A stretch of 64,000 bases of DNA from Sulfurospirillum sp. (GTDB lineage: Bacteria > Campylobacterota > Campylobacteria > Campylobacterales > Sulfurospirillaceae). Of this stretch, positions 50,754-60,024 are shown one piece after another. The notes beneath the pieces are model-generated. The model was not told the origin of the DNA. It worked only from the letters and a program-made list of their open reading frames with translations, and did not search any database. Numbering within the stretch: position 1 is the first letter of the stretch; every line of letters starts with the position of its first letter. The stretch spans positions 2,770-66,769 of the forward strand of contig JADGDR010000011.1 in the NCBI GenBank assembly GCA_016744795.1, given 5' to 3'. The translations under genes and the position numbers were made by a program.

Positions 50754-51917
50754 TTATCCAAAAGTAATAATATCTCCATTACCAAGATATGAAGTACTTT
50801 TTGATCTATGTTGAGCTGTTCCTCGTATAACAGGATAACCAGCGCGAATAAATTTTTCAGCAGTTAAAAGACCCGTACAATGATTGCATCCAACTTTTTT
50901 GAAATCCCACTTGCCTAATGAGATAACAAGATCATCATACTTTGGATCCCAATCATCAAAAGGAGATATATGTAATCCTCCATAGATTCCATACATCTGG
51001 TCATTGTCATATTTCAGTTCATTGTAAGCAGTATTTGCAAACTTAATAATACCTTGATGACAACACCCTGTTACACTTACCAAACCTTTATCTTTTACAT
51101 TTACAAAGATTGACTGCTCTCCAAAAACTCTACAAATAATAGGTACATCAAAGATATAAGTTGAAAGACCAGGTTCTATTTCAAATAAACCTTTTTTTGC
51201 AATTACTAATTCACCCGTATGTCCAGAATCTTTGATATATTGTAAACCTTCTTCATAAAATCCCTCAGGAATAATAACTTTTAAATTAGGATTATATTTC
51301 ATTGCAACAGGAAATCCCCAAAAGTGATCCCAATGCTCATGAGAAATAATTAAAGTATCTATCTCTCCACTAGCAAGCATTTTATCAATACCTTCACGCT
51401 TAAAAGATTTTTCCATCCACTCATATGACCAACCCACATCTAAGAGATATTTTTTCTTTGTGCCATTTAATCTTTCAATTTCAACCAAAGCTGCAAATCC
51501 ACCTGCATTCTCAGGATTTACAGAGTTCTTTTTTGCTATGTCCCAAGCTTCTTCAAGTCTATTAGGCAGAAGATGTTTGATATTTGCTATACCTTTTTCA
51601 TAACTACCTTTTGCTAAACCTGTACCATCGCCAAAAGGAGGCCAATTTATTTCATATTGATTTACTAATAAACCTCCAGATCCTTTAATATTTCCCATAA
51701 GAGTAGCATTATCAAACCAACTTGTTTCAGATATATTAGTCACTTTTACACTCTTACATGTTCCAAAATCTGTAAATTTTCTCTCTACTTGAGGAAGGAA
51801 AAACTCCCTTAAAGGAGAGTATGAAAATAGTCCCATGGAAGCAAATGTTCCAAGACCTATCCCAGTTACTGTTCCTTTTAAGAAATCTCTTCTTCCTTTT
51901 TCGTTTGTATTAGTCAT
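50754..51917 (-). CDS. Tat-exported metallo-beta-lactamase-fold protein (COG1237-like)
   Basis: 387 aa with the twin-arginine motif GRRDFLKG plus an h-region. It has the MBL motif ISHEHWDH, then TGCCHQGI, GGLHI and CNHCTG, as in the COG1237 MBL subfamily. Confidence 0.85.
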   Translation of the reverse strand: MTNTNEKGRRDFLKGTVTGIGLGTFASMGLFSYSPLREFFLPQVERKFTDFGTCKSVKVTNISETSWFDNATLMGNIKGSGGLLVNQYEINWPPFGDGTGLAKGSYEKGIANIKHLLPNRLEEAWDIAKKNSVNPENAGGFAALVEIERLNGTKKKYLLDVGWSYEWMEKSFKREGIDKMLASGEIDTLIISHEHWDHFWGFPVAMKYNPNLKVIIPEGFYEEGLQYIKDSGHTGELVIAKKGLFEIEPGLSTYIFDVPIICRVFGEQSIFVNVKDKGLVSVTGCCHQGIIKFANTAYNELKYDNDQMYGIYGGLHISPFDDWDPKYDDLVISLGKWDFKKVGCNHCTGLLTAEKFIRAGYPVIRGTAQHRSKSTSYLGNGDIITFG

Positions 51918-51928
51918 TTCATCCTCCT

Positions 51929-53317
51929 TTAATTAAATATCGTTAATAAGTTACCAAAAGTAGGTAAAAAATACACCACCGCAAAGTAAATCATAATTCC
52001 ACAAACAACTCCAGCTAATATTCCCATTTTAAATTTAGGAGTAATGCTTGTTTCATCGTTAATAGATTCTTTACTTTGTTCAACTTCTTCTGGTTTTTGC
52101 AATCTCCAGCCTGGCCATCCATCCATAAACCAATAATTTATAAGCATTACATTAATAAGCCAAATCATAGGTATCATAGGAAATTGTTGTGGATGTGAAA
52201 AACCTTTTTGAGTTCCTAAAAATAAATGAGCTGTTTTGTAATAAACATAGTATAAAATAACAGCTGCAATAATAGAAATTACTGTTCTAAGAAAAGCATT
52301 TACTGGTTTTGAATATCCATTGATTACATTTTTCATATAAAAGTGCATAAACAAGGCTGGAACTAACCAAAAAATTGCCATTTCACCAACATGGAGCCAT
52401 CTCCAATCTGGTGACATCAATCTTCTTGTTCCTCTTACTGCCTCTCCCCATACTAATTCTTGTCCATAATAAAGGAAAAAACTAAGAGCAACAGCAACAG
52501 CAATAATTCCAAAAAATGAAGCAAATCTTCTTAACCAATCCGTCTTAATCATACAAAATGGATATCTTTCCCAAAGGGTTTCATACATCCATACAATAAC
52601 AGTACAACACATAATCCAAGCTATGTTAAAATTCCCATGAACTGTATTTGCAAAATCTTCCCACCAAGGAGGAGTTATTGCTGTAAATTGTTGCCAAGGG
52701 TCAAATAAAATTGCCATATGAGAGTGAAATACTACAAAATAAACAAGCATACTTAGAAAAAAGGTAAACATTAAAACTGTAAAACCTTTAACTGGTTGAG
52801 TTAATTTTCTCCAAGGTGCATTTTCTGCAGCCACTACCCACGCAGGACTAATCCATGAGGCAATTGCAGCAAACATCAAAATAGCTTGAGCAGAATACTC
52901 TTCAGCATAAAATTCTACAAGTCCAAGTTCTTGAAGTCTACGTGGGCTAAAATATGCAATTGAAAGTTCACCTAGTATAGTTTCAAAAAATACTTTTAAA
53001 ATTATTGCAAAAAACAGAACAGTAATAGTAGTTAAAATAACCCCTTTAACCATAGGGTGAGTACTATTTAACCATTTCCTTTTAAACGGCCAAAAATCAA
53101 AAATATATGCTATCCAAATCATGATAACTAATAACCATCTACACCACATATAACCCACATAAGGTGTGTACATTCTCATAATACCTCTAGGGTCTTGAAA
53201 AATCCACCAACTTGCATAAAACAGCGCTAATACAAAAGCGGTATTTATCAGAATAGACCATGGTCCATTCCATCTTTTAACCAAACTTCTCTCTTCGAGA
53301 TAAAGCTTTTGGTTCAT
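51929..53317 (-). CDS. Polytopic Trp-rich integral membrane protein (unknown family)
   Basis: 462 aa with about 11-12 hydrophobic segments by eye. A strong AAGGAGGA ribosome-binding site precedes the ATG. It lies 11 nt upstream of the Tat-MBL gene. Confidence 0.7.
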   Translation of the reverse strand: MNQKLYLEERSLVKRWNGPWSILINTAFVLALFYASWWIFQDPRGIMRMYTPYVGYMWCRWLLVIMIWIAYIFDFWPFKRKWLNSTHPMVKGVILTTITVLFFAIILKVFFETILGELSIAYFSPRRLQELGLVEFYAEEYSAQAILMFAAIASWISPAWVVAAENAPWRKLTQPVKGFTVLMFTFFLSMLVYFVVFHSHMAILFDPWQQFTAITPPWWEDFANTVHGNFNIAWIMCCTVIVWMYETLWERYPFCMIKTDWLRRFASFFGIIAVAVALSFFLYYGQELVWGEAVRGTRRLMSPDWRWLHVGEMAIFWLVPALFMHFYMKNVINGYSKPVNAFLRTVISIIAAVILYYVYYKTAHLFLGTQKGFSHPQQFPMIPMIWLINVMLINYWFMDGWPGWRLQKPEEVEQSKESINDETSITPKFKMGILAGVVCGIMIYFAVVYFLPTFGNLLTIFN

Positions 53318-53345
53318 AACATCCTCCTTAATTATATTTCAATTA

Positions 53346-53351
53346 ATTATA
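53346..53351 (-). promoter_or_regulatory. Candidate -10 box (TATAAT on the minus strand) for the membrane protein/MBL/COG0523 cassette
   Basis: The minus strand reads TCTTTTTTTATAATTAATTG, about 29 nt upstream of the ATG, with a T-rich stretch upstream. This is a sequence match only. Confidence 0.35.
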
Positions 53352-53359
53352 AAAAAAGA

Positions 53360-53410
53360 GTGTCTAGTAAGTGTCTATTTTACATACGAAAGGGGGAAAT
53401 AAATTGTCTA
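53360..53410 (-). promoter_or_regulatory. Direct repeats GTGTCTA-N4-GTGTCTA (plus TTGTCTA 44 bp from the first repeat); candidate response-regulator binding sites
   Basis: GTGTCTA occurs at 53360-53366 and 53371-53377, an 11-bp register. They cover roughly -21 to -38 relative to the candidate -10 box. A third copy, TGTCTA, is at 53405-53410. Confidence 0.35.
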
Positions 53411-53411
53411 T

Positions 53412-54545
53412 TTAAAGAGGTATCGTTACTAAAAACAAGGCACCTTCATCCTCATTTTTAACGTTTAATGAGCCTTTACAATTATGTTCTATAATTGTTT
53501 TTGACATACAAAGCCCCACACCAGTACCATCTTGAGTAATTTTTGTTGTAAAATAAGGATCGAAAATTTTATCTATAATTTTATTGGATATTCCACCTCC
53601 ATTGTCACTTATCTCAAAAATAGCACTATTGTTACTTTTATACGTTTTTATAGTTATAGTTGGAGTTTGTATCTTTTTTTCAACAAGTACATCTTCTGCA
53701 TTTTTTATTAAATTCAAAACAACTTGACCAATTTCATTGGCATAACTATGTATCGTTTCATTACATCTGTAATCAAGTTTTACAGATATATTGTTATTTG
53801 AGAGTATAGGAGTTACAATATCAAGTGTAGTATTTATAATCGTTTCTAAGGTTGTATACTCTTTTTGTTTATTTGGTTTAAAAAAGTTTCTAAAATCATC
53901 TATTGTTTTAGAAAGGTGTTTTGAGTAATCTTCAATATGTTGAAGCTCATCTATAAATTCATCTCTATTAAATTCATCTACTACTAATTTACCAAACATA
54001 TAACTTGTTGTAGCACTAATAGCAGTAAGAGGTTGCCTCCATTGATGTGCAATCATACTAAGCATCTCTCCCATTTTTGCCAAACGTGCTTGGTATTGAA
54101 GCTGTCTATCTTTCTCTCTTAAAACAGTTAACTGCTCTTTTATCTCTAAATTAAGCCTACTGTTTAAGTATTTTATCTCTTTTTCTACTTCCACTCTTTG
54201 TGTTATATCTGTTACTGTCCACAACACTTCATGATTTGATTCAATAGAGTCTCCTGCTATTCTTACCCAAAAATGACTACCATCTTTACGTTTAAATTCA
54301 TACTCCAAATTTAATGATTCATTATTTAATACCTTATCAAAAGCTATATTTGCGAAATTATCGAACCTCTCTTTTGATACATGTAGGTACTCTGCTGATT
54401 GGGGTATAAGCTCATCATAGGAATAGCCAAACATTTTACAAAGAGCATCGTTAACTTCAAGTATTTTTCTGTTTCGATCAACTATAAATATACCCACTCC
54501 ACTATTATTAAAAAGTTGTTCAAACCACTCTACTTTTTTTAACAT
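53412..54545 (-). CDS. Cytoplasmic PAS-domain sensor histidine kinase
   Basis: 377 aa with no TM segment. It has an N-terminal PAS domain (GIFIVDRNRKILEVNDALCKMFGY), an H-box SMIAHQWRQPL and N/G boxes (NLIKNAED, DNGGGI, GTGVGL). Confidence 0.88.
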   Translation of the reverse strand: MLKKVEWFEQLFNNSGVGIFIVDRNRKILEVNDALCKMFGYSYDELIPQSAEYLHVSKERFDNFANIAFDKVLNNESLNLEYEFKRKDGSHFWVRIAGDSIESNHEVLWTVTDITQRVEVEKEIKYLNSRLNLEIKEQLTVLREKDRQLQYQARLAKMGEMLSMIAHQWRQPLTAISATTSYMFGKLVVDEFNRDEFIDELQHIEDYSKHLSKTIDDFRNFFKPNKQKEYTTLETIINTTLDIVTPILSNNNISVKLDYRCNETIHSYANEIGQVVLNLIKNAEDVLVEKKIQTPTITIKTYKSNNSAIFEISDNGGGISNKIIDKIFDPYFTTKITQDGTGVGLCMSKTIIEHNCKGSLNVKNEDEGALFLVTIPL

Positions 54546-55258
54546 GCTTGTCTCAGATTTAGTTTATATCCTTGCGAATAGATTGATTGCATCAAATCAC
54601 AACCAACTCTGCATCTAAGTCGAGACAAAAGACTTCTTACTCTTTTGTTATCACTATAATCATCATCAAAAAGTGCTATTTCAATATCATCAAAACTAAC
54701 AACTCTATGCATTGAGGAAGCAAGAAGTTCGAATAAAATCTTCTCTTTTTTTGTTAATTGAATTTCCTTATCATCTTGATAAAGGTTTGTATTTATTTTG
54801 TCCCAATGAAAACCATTTATTAACTCTATTTTTGCATTTGATTCTTTAAGCTCTATTAATTTAAAAACTACTTTTTCTACTATTTTTTTAATCTCTTCAA
54901 AACTAAATGGTTTTAAAATATAACCATCAATACCACACTCAATTGTTTGCAAAAAATACTCTGTATTATCATATGCAGAAAATATCACTATAGGAATTTT
55001 TACGTCTGTTTTTCTTATCTCTTTAATCATAGATATACCATCCATAACAGACATATTTATATCGGTAAAAATTACATCAAACTTACTATTATTAAATTTA
55101 TCTAACCCATCTTTTCCATCAGCTGCCACGGTTACACTCTTAAAATAGATACTTAGCATCTTAGAAATTTGAGATCGTACCTCATAATCATCTTCTACAT
55201 ATAAAATATCTAACTCTTTACATATAGATATTAAAAACTTAAATCCTTTAGAATCCAC
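54539..55258 (-). CDS. Response regulator with winged-helix DNA-binding output
   Basis: 239 aa with a GTG start. The receiver domain has the acidic pocket (YVEDD), the phospho-Asp context (VIFTDINMSVMDG) and a conserved Lys (YILKP). The C-terminus is trans_reg_C-like (LTKKEKILFELL...GYKL). Confidence 0.88.
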   Translation of the reverse strand: MDSKGFKFLISICKELDILYVEDDYEVRSQISKMLSIYFKSVTVAADGKDGLDKFNNSKFDVIFTDINMSVMDGISMIKEIRKTDVKIPIVIFSAYDNTEYFLQTIECGIDGYILKPFSFEEIKKIVEKVVFKLIELKESNAKIELINGFHWDKINTNLYQDDKEIQLTKKEKILFELLASSMHRVVSFDDIEIALFDDDYSDNKRVRSLLSRLRCRVGCDLMQSIYSQGYKLNLRQAC

Positions 55259-55374
55259 AACTTACCTCTCTTCTTCTTTATAACAATATAAAATCATAAG
55301 AATATAAGACAATTTTGCTTAAAAACCATTTACTTTAATATGATAAAATCAATAATCACACCATAAGGATAATC

Positions 55375-56805
55375 ATGAAAAAAATTTCATTGCTGTTTCT
55401 AGCCTCTACTGTCGGTCTTATCGCCAATACTCAGGCTCTACATGTAAATTTAGATATTTATGCGAATAAATCATTTCTAAATAAAACTTTTGAATTAACC
55501 CAAACGGGAGAAATAAATATAAAAGTACCTACATACATTAATCTTAAAGACATAAGATACAAGATAGACAAACAGTGTCAAGTAGATAAGAGTCTCTTAT
55601 CAAATGTAAAAAAAGAGATAGATCCAAATATGGAAAATCTAAGAGAACAAAGAGCTAAAAAAGTTCTTGAAATTAAAGTTCTTAAGGCAAAAGGCTCTCT
55701 TTTTAAAACACTCTCATTAGAAAAAGTGGAAGACATGTCAAAAATAGATAAAATTTCATTATATCTAAGCAAAAACTTAATAGAAAACTTAACACACATT
55801 GCCAATCTTCAAAAAGAGATAATTAAAATAGATAAAAAATTAAAAGAAACAAACTCAATTAATGAAGAGTACAAAATACTTAAAACAGTATATACATGCA
55901 ACTCTACGCAAAAAGAGTTAAAAATTTCATATCCACAAGAAGGTATTAAATACACTCCTTATTACAATATAAGTGCAAATATCAGTAACAAATCTGTAAC
56001 TATAGAAAAAAAAGCAACTCTATTTTATAGAGGTGTAGAAAACTATCAAAATATAGATTTAAATATATACTCATATAGATATAATCAAAATGTAGCTCCT
56101 CAATACTTCTATCCAGAGTACCTAGGTCAAAAAAGAGAAGTACTCTATGCTCAAAAGGCAATGGCAATGAAAATGGATACTATGAAAGAATCAGCTATGA
56201 ATAGTCCCATAGTTCAACATGAAGAATTAGCTACAAAATCTGTATATAAAATCAAAGAAGCAAAGCTAAAATCTGGTGAAAAAAATCTTTTACATGTAGA
56301 CAAAGAGATTGTTGATGCTTCTTTTAAAACTACAATAGATGCTTATGGCTCAAACAAAGCCTATTTAGAAGCAATATTTAAAAGTAAAAAAGAGTATAGT
56401 GAAGCATATGCCAACTTCTTTTTAAACCAAAATCCAATTGCATCAAGATATATGGAAAAAATCCAAAAAAACAGAGAGACAAAATTATATTTTGGAGAAG
56501 ATGAACATATTCAGATAAAAAAAGAGTTAATTAAAACACTTGATGAAAAAACTTTTTTTGGTGACAAAAAAATCTCAACTCAAAACTGGGAATACACTAT
56601 CACAAATACAAAACCTTACAACACAAAAATAGAGTTTATAACAAGAGTTCCTGTATCAAAAGATGGTGATATAAAAGTTAAAACATTGGCACAACCAAAG
56701 TTTGATTCTCAAAATGCTGAAGGTAAAACAATTTGGAAGTTTAATTTAAACCCAAAGACGAATAAAAAAATCATCTTTGGATTTGAGGTTTCAAATAGTA
56801 AATAA
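55375..56805 (+). CDS. Secreted DUF4139/MuiA-like protein
   Basis: 476 aa with a signal peptide, an N-terminal beta-rich segment, a central coiled coil, and a C-terminal pattern (VPVSKDGDIKVK...GKTIWKFNLNPKTNKKIIFGFEV) resembling the DUF4139 family. Confidence 0.65.
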   Translation: MKKISLLFLASTVGLIANTQALHVNLDIYANKSFLNKTFELTQTGEINIKVPTYINLKDIRYKIDKQCQVDKSLLSNVKKEIDPNMENLREQRAKKVLEIKVLKAKGSLFKTLSLEKVEDMSKIDKISLYLSKNLIENLTHIANLQKEIIKIDKKLKETNSINEEYKILKTVYTCNSTQKELKISYPQEGIKYTPYYNISANISNKSVTIEKKATLFYRGVENYQNIDLNIYSYRYNQNVAPQYFYPEYLGQKREVLYAQKAMAMKMDTMKESAMNSPIVQHEELATKSVYKIKEAKLKSGEKNLLHVDKEIVDASFKTTIDAYGSNKAYLEAIFKSKKEYSEAYANFFLNQNPIASRYMEKIQKNRETKLYFGEDEHIQIKKELIKTLDEKTFFGDKKISTQNWEYTITNTKPYNTKIEFITRVPVSKDGDIKVKTLAQPKFDSQNAEGKTIWKFNLNPKTNKKIIFGFEVSNSK

Positions 56806-56807
56806 GC

Positions 56808-58301
56808 TTACTTTATATCAAATGCCCAGATGTAATTATTTACTCTTGGTTCAAATTTGATTTTTTTGCTTGAAGCATATAAATTTACAGTGTAATAAAG
56901 AGGTAGGTAAGCTACTTCTTTCATTGCAATTTCGTTTATCTCTTTGAGTTGATTAAGTCTTTCTTTAGTATCCATTGTACTAGATGAATTCTCAATCAAC
57001 TCATCTGTTTTGGCATTAGAAAAATTACCCCAGTTATATTTTCCATAACCTTTATCAGAATTTACAGAGTGAACAATACTATCATAGAATGAACTTGCAT
57101 CACCAGAACCACTTGCCCAACCAATAAGGCTAAAACTTGTCTCTCTCTTCCCCATTTTTCCAAAGAATAATGACCCTGGAGTTACATTTACTTTTACCTT
57201 AATACCTACGCGAGCTAAATCAGAAGCTACTGCTTGAGCAACTTTTGGATAATCTCCGCTATTTAGTGCATCTAATTGAATTTTAAATCCGTCCTTATAA
57301 CCAGCCTCTGCAAGTAATTCTTTAGCTTTTTTAGGATTATATTCAAAACTTTTAAGACTCTTGTCATATCCATATATTGTACTAGCATTTATTTGTGATG
57401 CTGTTACTGCAAAACCTTTCATAATGTACTTTGTAATTGATTTACGGTTAATAGCATAAGAGAATGCTTGACGAACACGCTTATCAAGAAATGGAGATTT
57501 TTCACGATGTTGATCCATATGAATATAGATTGTACGCAAAGATGGAAGCATAAAAAAGTTTAATTTATCGCTTTTTTGTATTCTTGCAACATCAACTGCT
57601 GGAACTTTATTTATGATATCAACGGCACCACTTAAAAGACCCGCTATACGAGTTGCATCATTCGTTAATGGCTTAAAAACAACTTTATCATATGTTGAGT
57701 TCCCTTTCCAGTAGCTATTATTTACCTTCAGTTTTAAATATGAACCTTTGCTCCATGAATCTAATGTATATGGTCCTGTTCCAATGGGATGTAAACCAAC
57801 CCATTGATCAGTCTTACCTTTTAATGTTTCTTTATCCATAATACTTACATATGTAAGTTGACGCAAGAAAATAGGATATGGCTTTACTGTAGTCATTTTG
57901 ACAGTAAAATCATCAATTTTTTCAACTTTTTCAAGCATATTAATCTTACTTTTGAATGCAGATTTTTTCCAATTTTTTACTCTATTGTAAGAAAAAACAA
58001 CATCATCTGCATTAAATGTACTGCCATTATGGAATTTAACACCTTTTCTTAGTTTTAATATCCACACTTTTGGACTTGGATTTGACCAAGATACTGCTAA
58101 ATTAGATTGTATTTTTATATCTTTATCAAACATAACCAAATTATCAAATATATTGCTTAAAACGGAATTTGTATCATCATTGTTTATAAAATATGGATCC
58201 ATACTTTGAACTTCAGTAGACGTACCTATTCTCAAAGTTTTTGCATTAGTAAGCGAACAAAGTAAAGCTACCGTAGCCAAACCAACTATAATTTTTTTCA
58301 T
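56808..58301 (-). CDS. ABC transporter substrate-binding protein, family 5 (peptide/nickel)
   Basis: 497 aa with a signal peptide and the SBP_bac_5 pattern (LVMFDKD..I...LA.SW, GTGPY). Confidence 0.9.
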   Translation of the reverse strand: MKKIIVGLATVALLCSLTNAKTLRIGTSTEVQSMDPYFINNDDTNSVLSNIFDNLVMFDKDIKIQSNLAVSWSNPSPKVWILKLRKGVKFHNGSTFNADDVVFSYNRVKNWKKSAFKSKINMLEKVEKIDDFTVKMTTVKPYPIFLRQLTYVSIMDKETLKGKTDQWVGLHPIGTGPYTLDSWSKGSYLKLKVNNSYWKGNSTYDKVVFKPLTNDATRIAGLLSGAVDIINKVPAVDVARIQKSDKLNFFMLPSLRTIYIHMDQHREKSPFLDKRVRQAFSYAINRKSITKYIMKGFAVTASQINASTIYGYDKSLKSFEYNPKKAKELLAEAGYKDGFKIQLDALNSGDYPKVAQAVASDLARVGIKVKVNVTPGSLFFGKMGKRETSFSLIGWASGSGDASSFYDSIVHSVNSDKGYGKYNWGNFSNAKTDELIENSSSTMDTKERLNQLKEINEIAMKEVAYLPLYYTVNLYASSKKIKFEPRVNNYIWAFDIK

Positions 58302-58311
58302 AGAAACTCCT

Positions 58312-59046
58312 TTAAATTTTTGCTTCTTTAATTAATCTTCTAAATATCTTCAACATGTCTTCGTCATCACAAGCTGCCATCATTTCAGGATGCCACTGAA
58401 CTGATAGAAAAAAGTATTGTGCATTTTCATATTCAAAAGACTCTATTGCTCCATCAGTTGAAACCGCAGATACTTTAAAACCTTTTGGCATATCTTTTAC
58501 TATTTGATGATGAAAAGAGTTTACCTTTAATCTATCTTTTTTCAATATATCATATAGTAAACTACCTTTACTTATTTTTATTTCATGGGCTAAAAATGAG
58601 GGAGTGGAGTATTGGTCATGTTTAAATGTGATATTTTTTGAATAAGAAAGGTCTTGGTATAAAGTCCCTCCATCAAGAACAGCAGCAATCTGATGCCCTC
58701 TACAAATGCAAAGAGTTGGTATTTTTAACTCTTTTGCAAGTTTTGCAAGTTTTAAATCAAACCAATCTCTTTTTTTATCTATTTCTATTGTTTTTTCTGA
58801 AACTTCTTCACCATATTCTTCAGGATTTATATCCACTCCACCAGAAAAAATAATAGCGTCTAAATTTTTAATTTGTGCTCTTATAACTTCTTCATTATCA
58901 ACGACAGGAATAACCAAAGGAACTCCTCCTGCTTTTAATACAGAAGTTATATAATCTTCATTTAAACAAACTTTCCAATAATTCTCAAACCTTATTACTG
59001 GGTCTATCATTAAACCAGCAGAAATACCAACTATTACTTTGCTCAA
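58312..59046 (-). CDS. Peptidase C26 / gamma-glutamyl hydrolase-type class I glutamine amidotransferase
   Basis: 244 aa with a TTG start. The catalytic triad context is CICRGHQ and QWHPE, with a PuuD-like length. Confidence 0.85.
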   Translation of the reverse strand: MSKVIVGISAGLMIDPVIRFENYWKVCLNEDYITSVLKAGGVPLVIPVVDNEEVIRAQIKNLDAIIFSGGVDINPEEYGEEVSEKTIEIDKKRDWFDLKLAKLAKELKIPTLCICRGHQIAAVLDGGTLYQDLSYSKNITFKHDQYSTPSFLAHEIKISKGSLLYDILKKDRLKVNSFHHQIVKDMPKGFKVSAVSTDGAIESFEYENAQYFFLSVQWHPEMMAACDDEDMLKIFRRLIKEAKI

Positions 59047-60024
59047 TTAAAACTCTCCTATTCTAGGACATCTTGCCAAATGATTTGCACCTAAATCAAT
59101 CAATAAAGGATGTTCCTTTTCACAAACATCCTCTTTATATGGACATCTATTTGCAAAAAAACATCCAATTGGTAAATCAATTGGACTTTGAATCTCTCCT
59201 GTTTTTAATACACTCTCAGTGGCTAAAGGAGTGTGAATATCTGGTACAGTTGAAAAAAGCATTTTTGTATAAGGATGTTGAGGAGATTTAAATAGTTCTT
59301 TTTTTGAAGCATACTCTACAATCTCTCCAAGATACATTACAGCTACATAATCACTCAGGTGCTTAACAACACTTATATCATGAGTTATAAAAAGCATTGT
59401 CATCTTATATTTTTCTTTTAAATCCATCATCAAATTTAAAATTTGTGCTTGAATAGAAACATCTAAGGCTGAAATTGGCTCATCTGCTAAAATAATCTCA
59501 GGCTTTAGTATCATAGCTCTTGCTATTGCTATTCTTTGTCTTTGTCCACCTGAAAACTGATGAGGATACCGTCCTAAATAACTATGATCAATTCCTACAT
59601 CATCACATAGTTCCAATATGGTTTCTAATCTCTCTTTTTTATTCATTTTAGTATGAATTTTCAAAGGTTGTTCTAGTATTGTTTTTATCTTTTTTCTAGG
59701 GTTCAAAGAAGAGTAAGGATCTTGGAAAATCATCTGAATATCTTTTTGAAGACTTCCTCTTTGTGCTGGTGAAAGTTGAGCTATATCTCTGTTTTGAAAA
59801 TCTACAGAACCATTTGAGGCTTGATATAGACCTAAAATTACCTTTCCAACAGTTGTTTTACCACAACCACTTTCACCGACTAAGGAGAGAGTTTTACCTT
59901 TAAAAATATCAAAGCTAACTTTATTTAATGCATGCAAATCTTTTTTTTCAAAAGTTCCTACTTTGACATTAAAAATTTTCTCTACGTCTTTTACTTCTAA
60001 TAATTTCACTTCACTTTGTGACAA
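59047..60024 (-). CDS. Peptide ABC transporter ATP-binding protein (DppF/OppF-like)
   Basis: 325 aa with Walker A GESGCGKT, signature FSGGQRQR, Walker B ILADEP and the oligopeptide-type C-terminal Cys-rich extension. Confidence 0.93.
   Translation of the reverse strand: MSQSEVKLLEVKDVEKIFNVKVGTFEKKDLHALNKVSFDIFKGKTLSLVGESGCGKTTVGKVILGLYQASNGSVDFQNRDIAQLSPAQRGSLQKDIQMIFQDPYSSLNPRKKIKTILEQPLKIHTKMNKKERLETILELCDDVGIDHSYLGRYPHQFSGGQRQRIAIARAMILKPEIILADEPISALDVSIQAQILNLMMDLKEKYKMTMLFITHDISVVKHLSDYVAVMYLGEIVEYASKKELFKSPQHPYTKMLFSTVPDIHTPLATESVLKTGEIQSPIDLPIGCFFANRCPYKEDVCEKEHPLLIDLGANHLARCPRIGEF

Noticed and set aside
57843-57856. TTACATATGTAAG, a near-copy of the iterated palindrome with an extra AT in the centre. 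There are also several TATATGTAAA-like words (for example near 27037 and 47604).
   Set aside because: These do not contain the TACATGTA core. I excluded them to keep the count conservative. They may be decayed copies, but that cannot be shown here.
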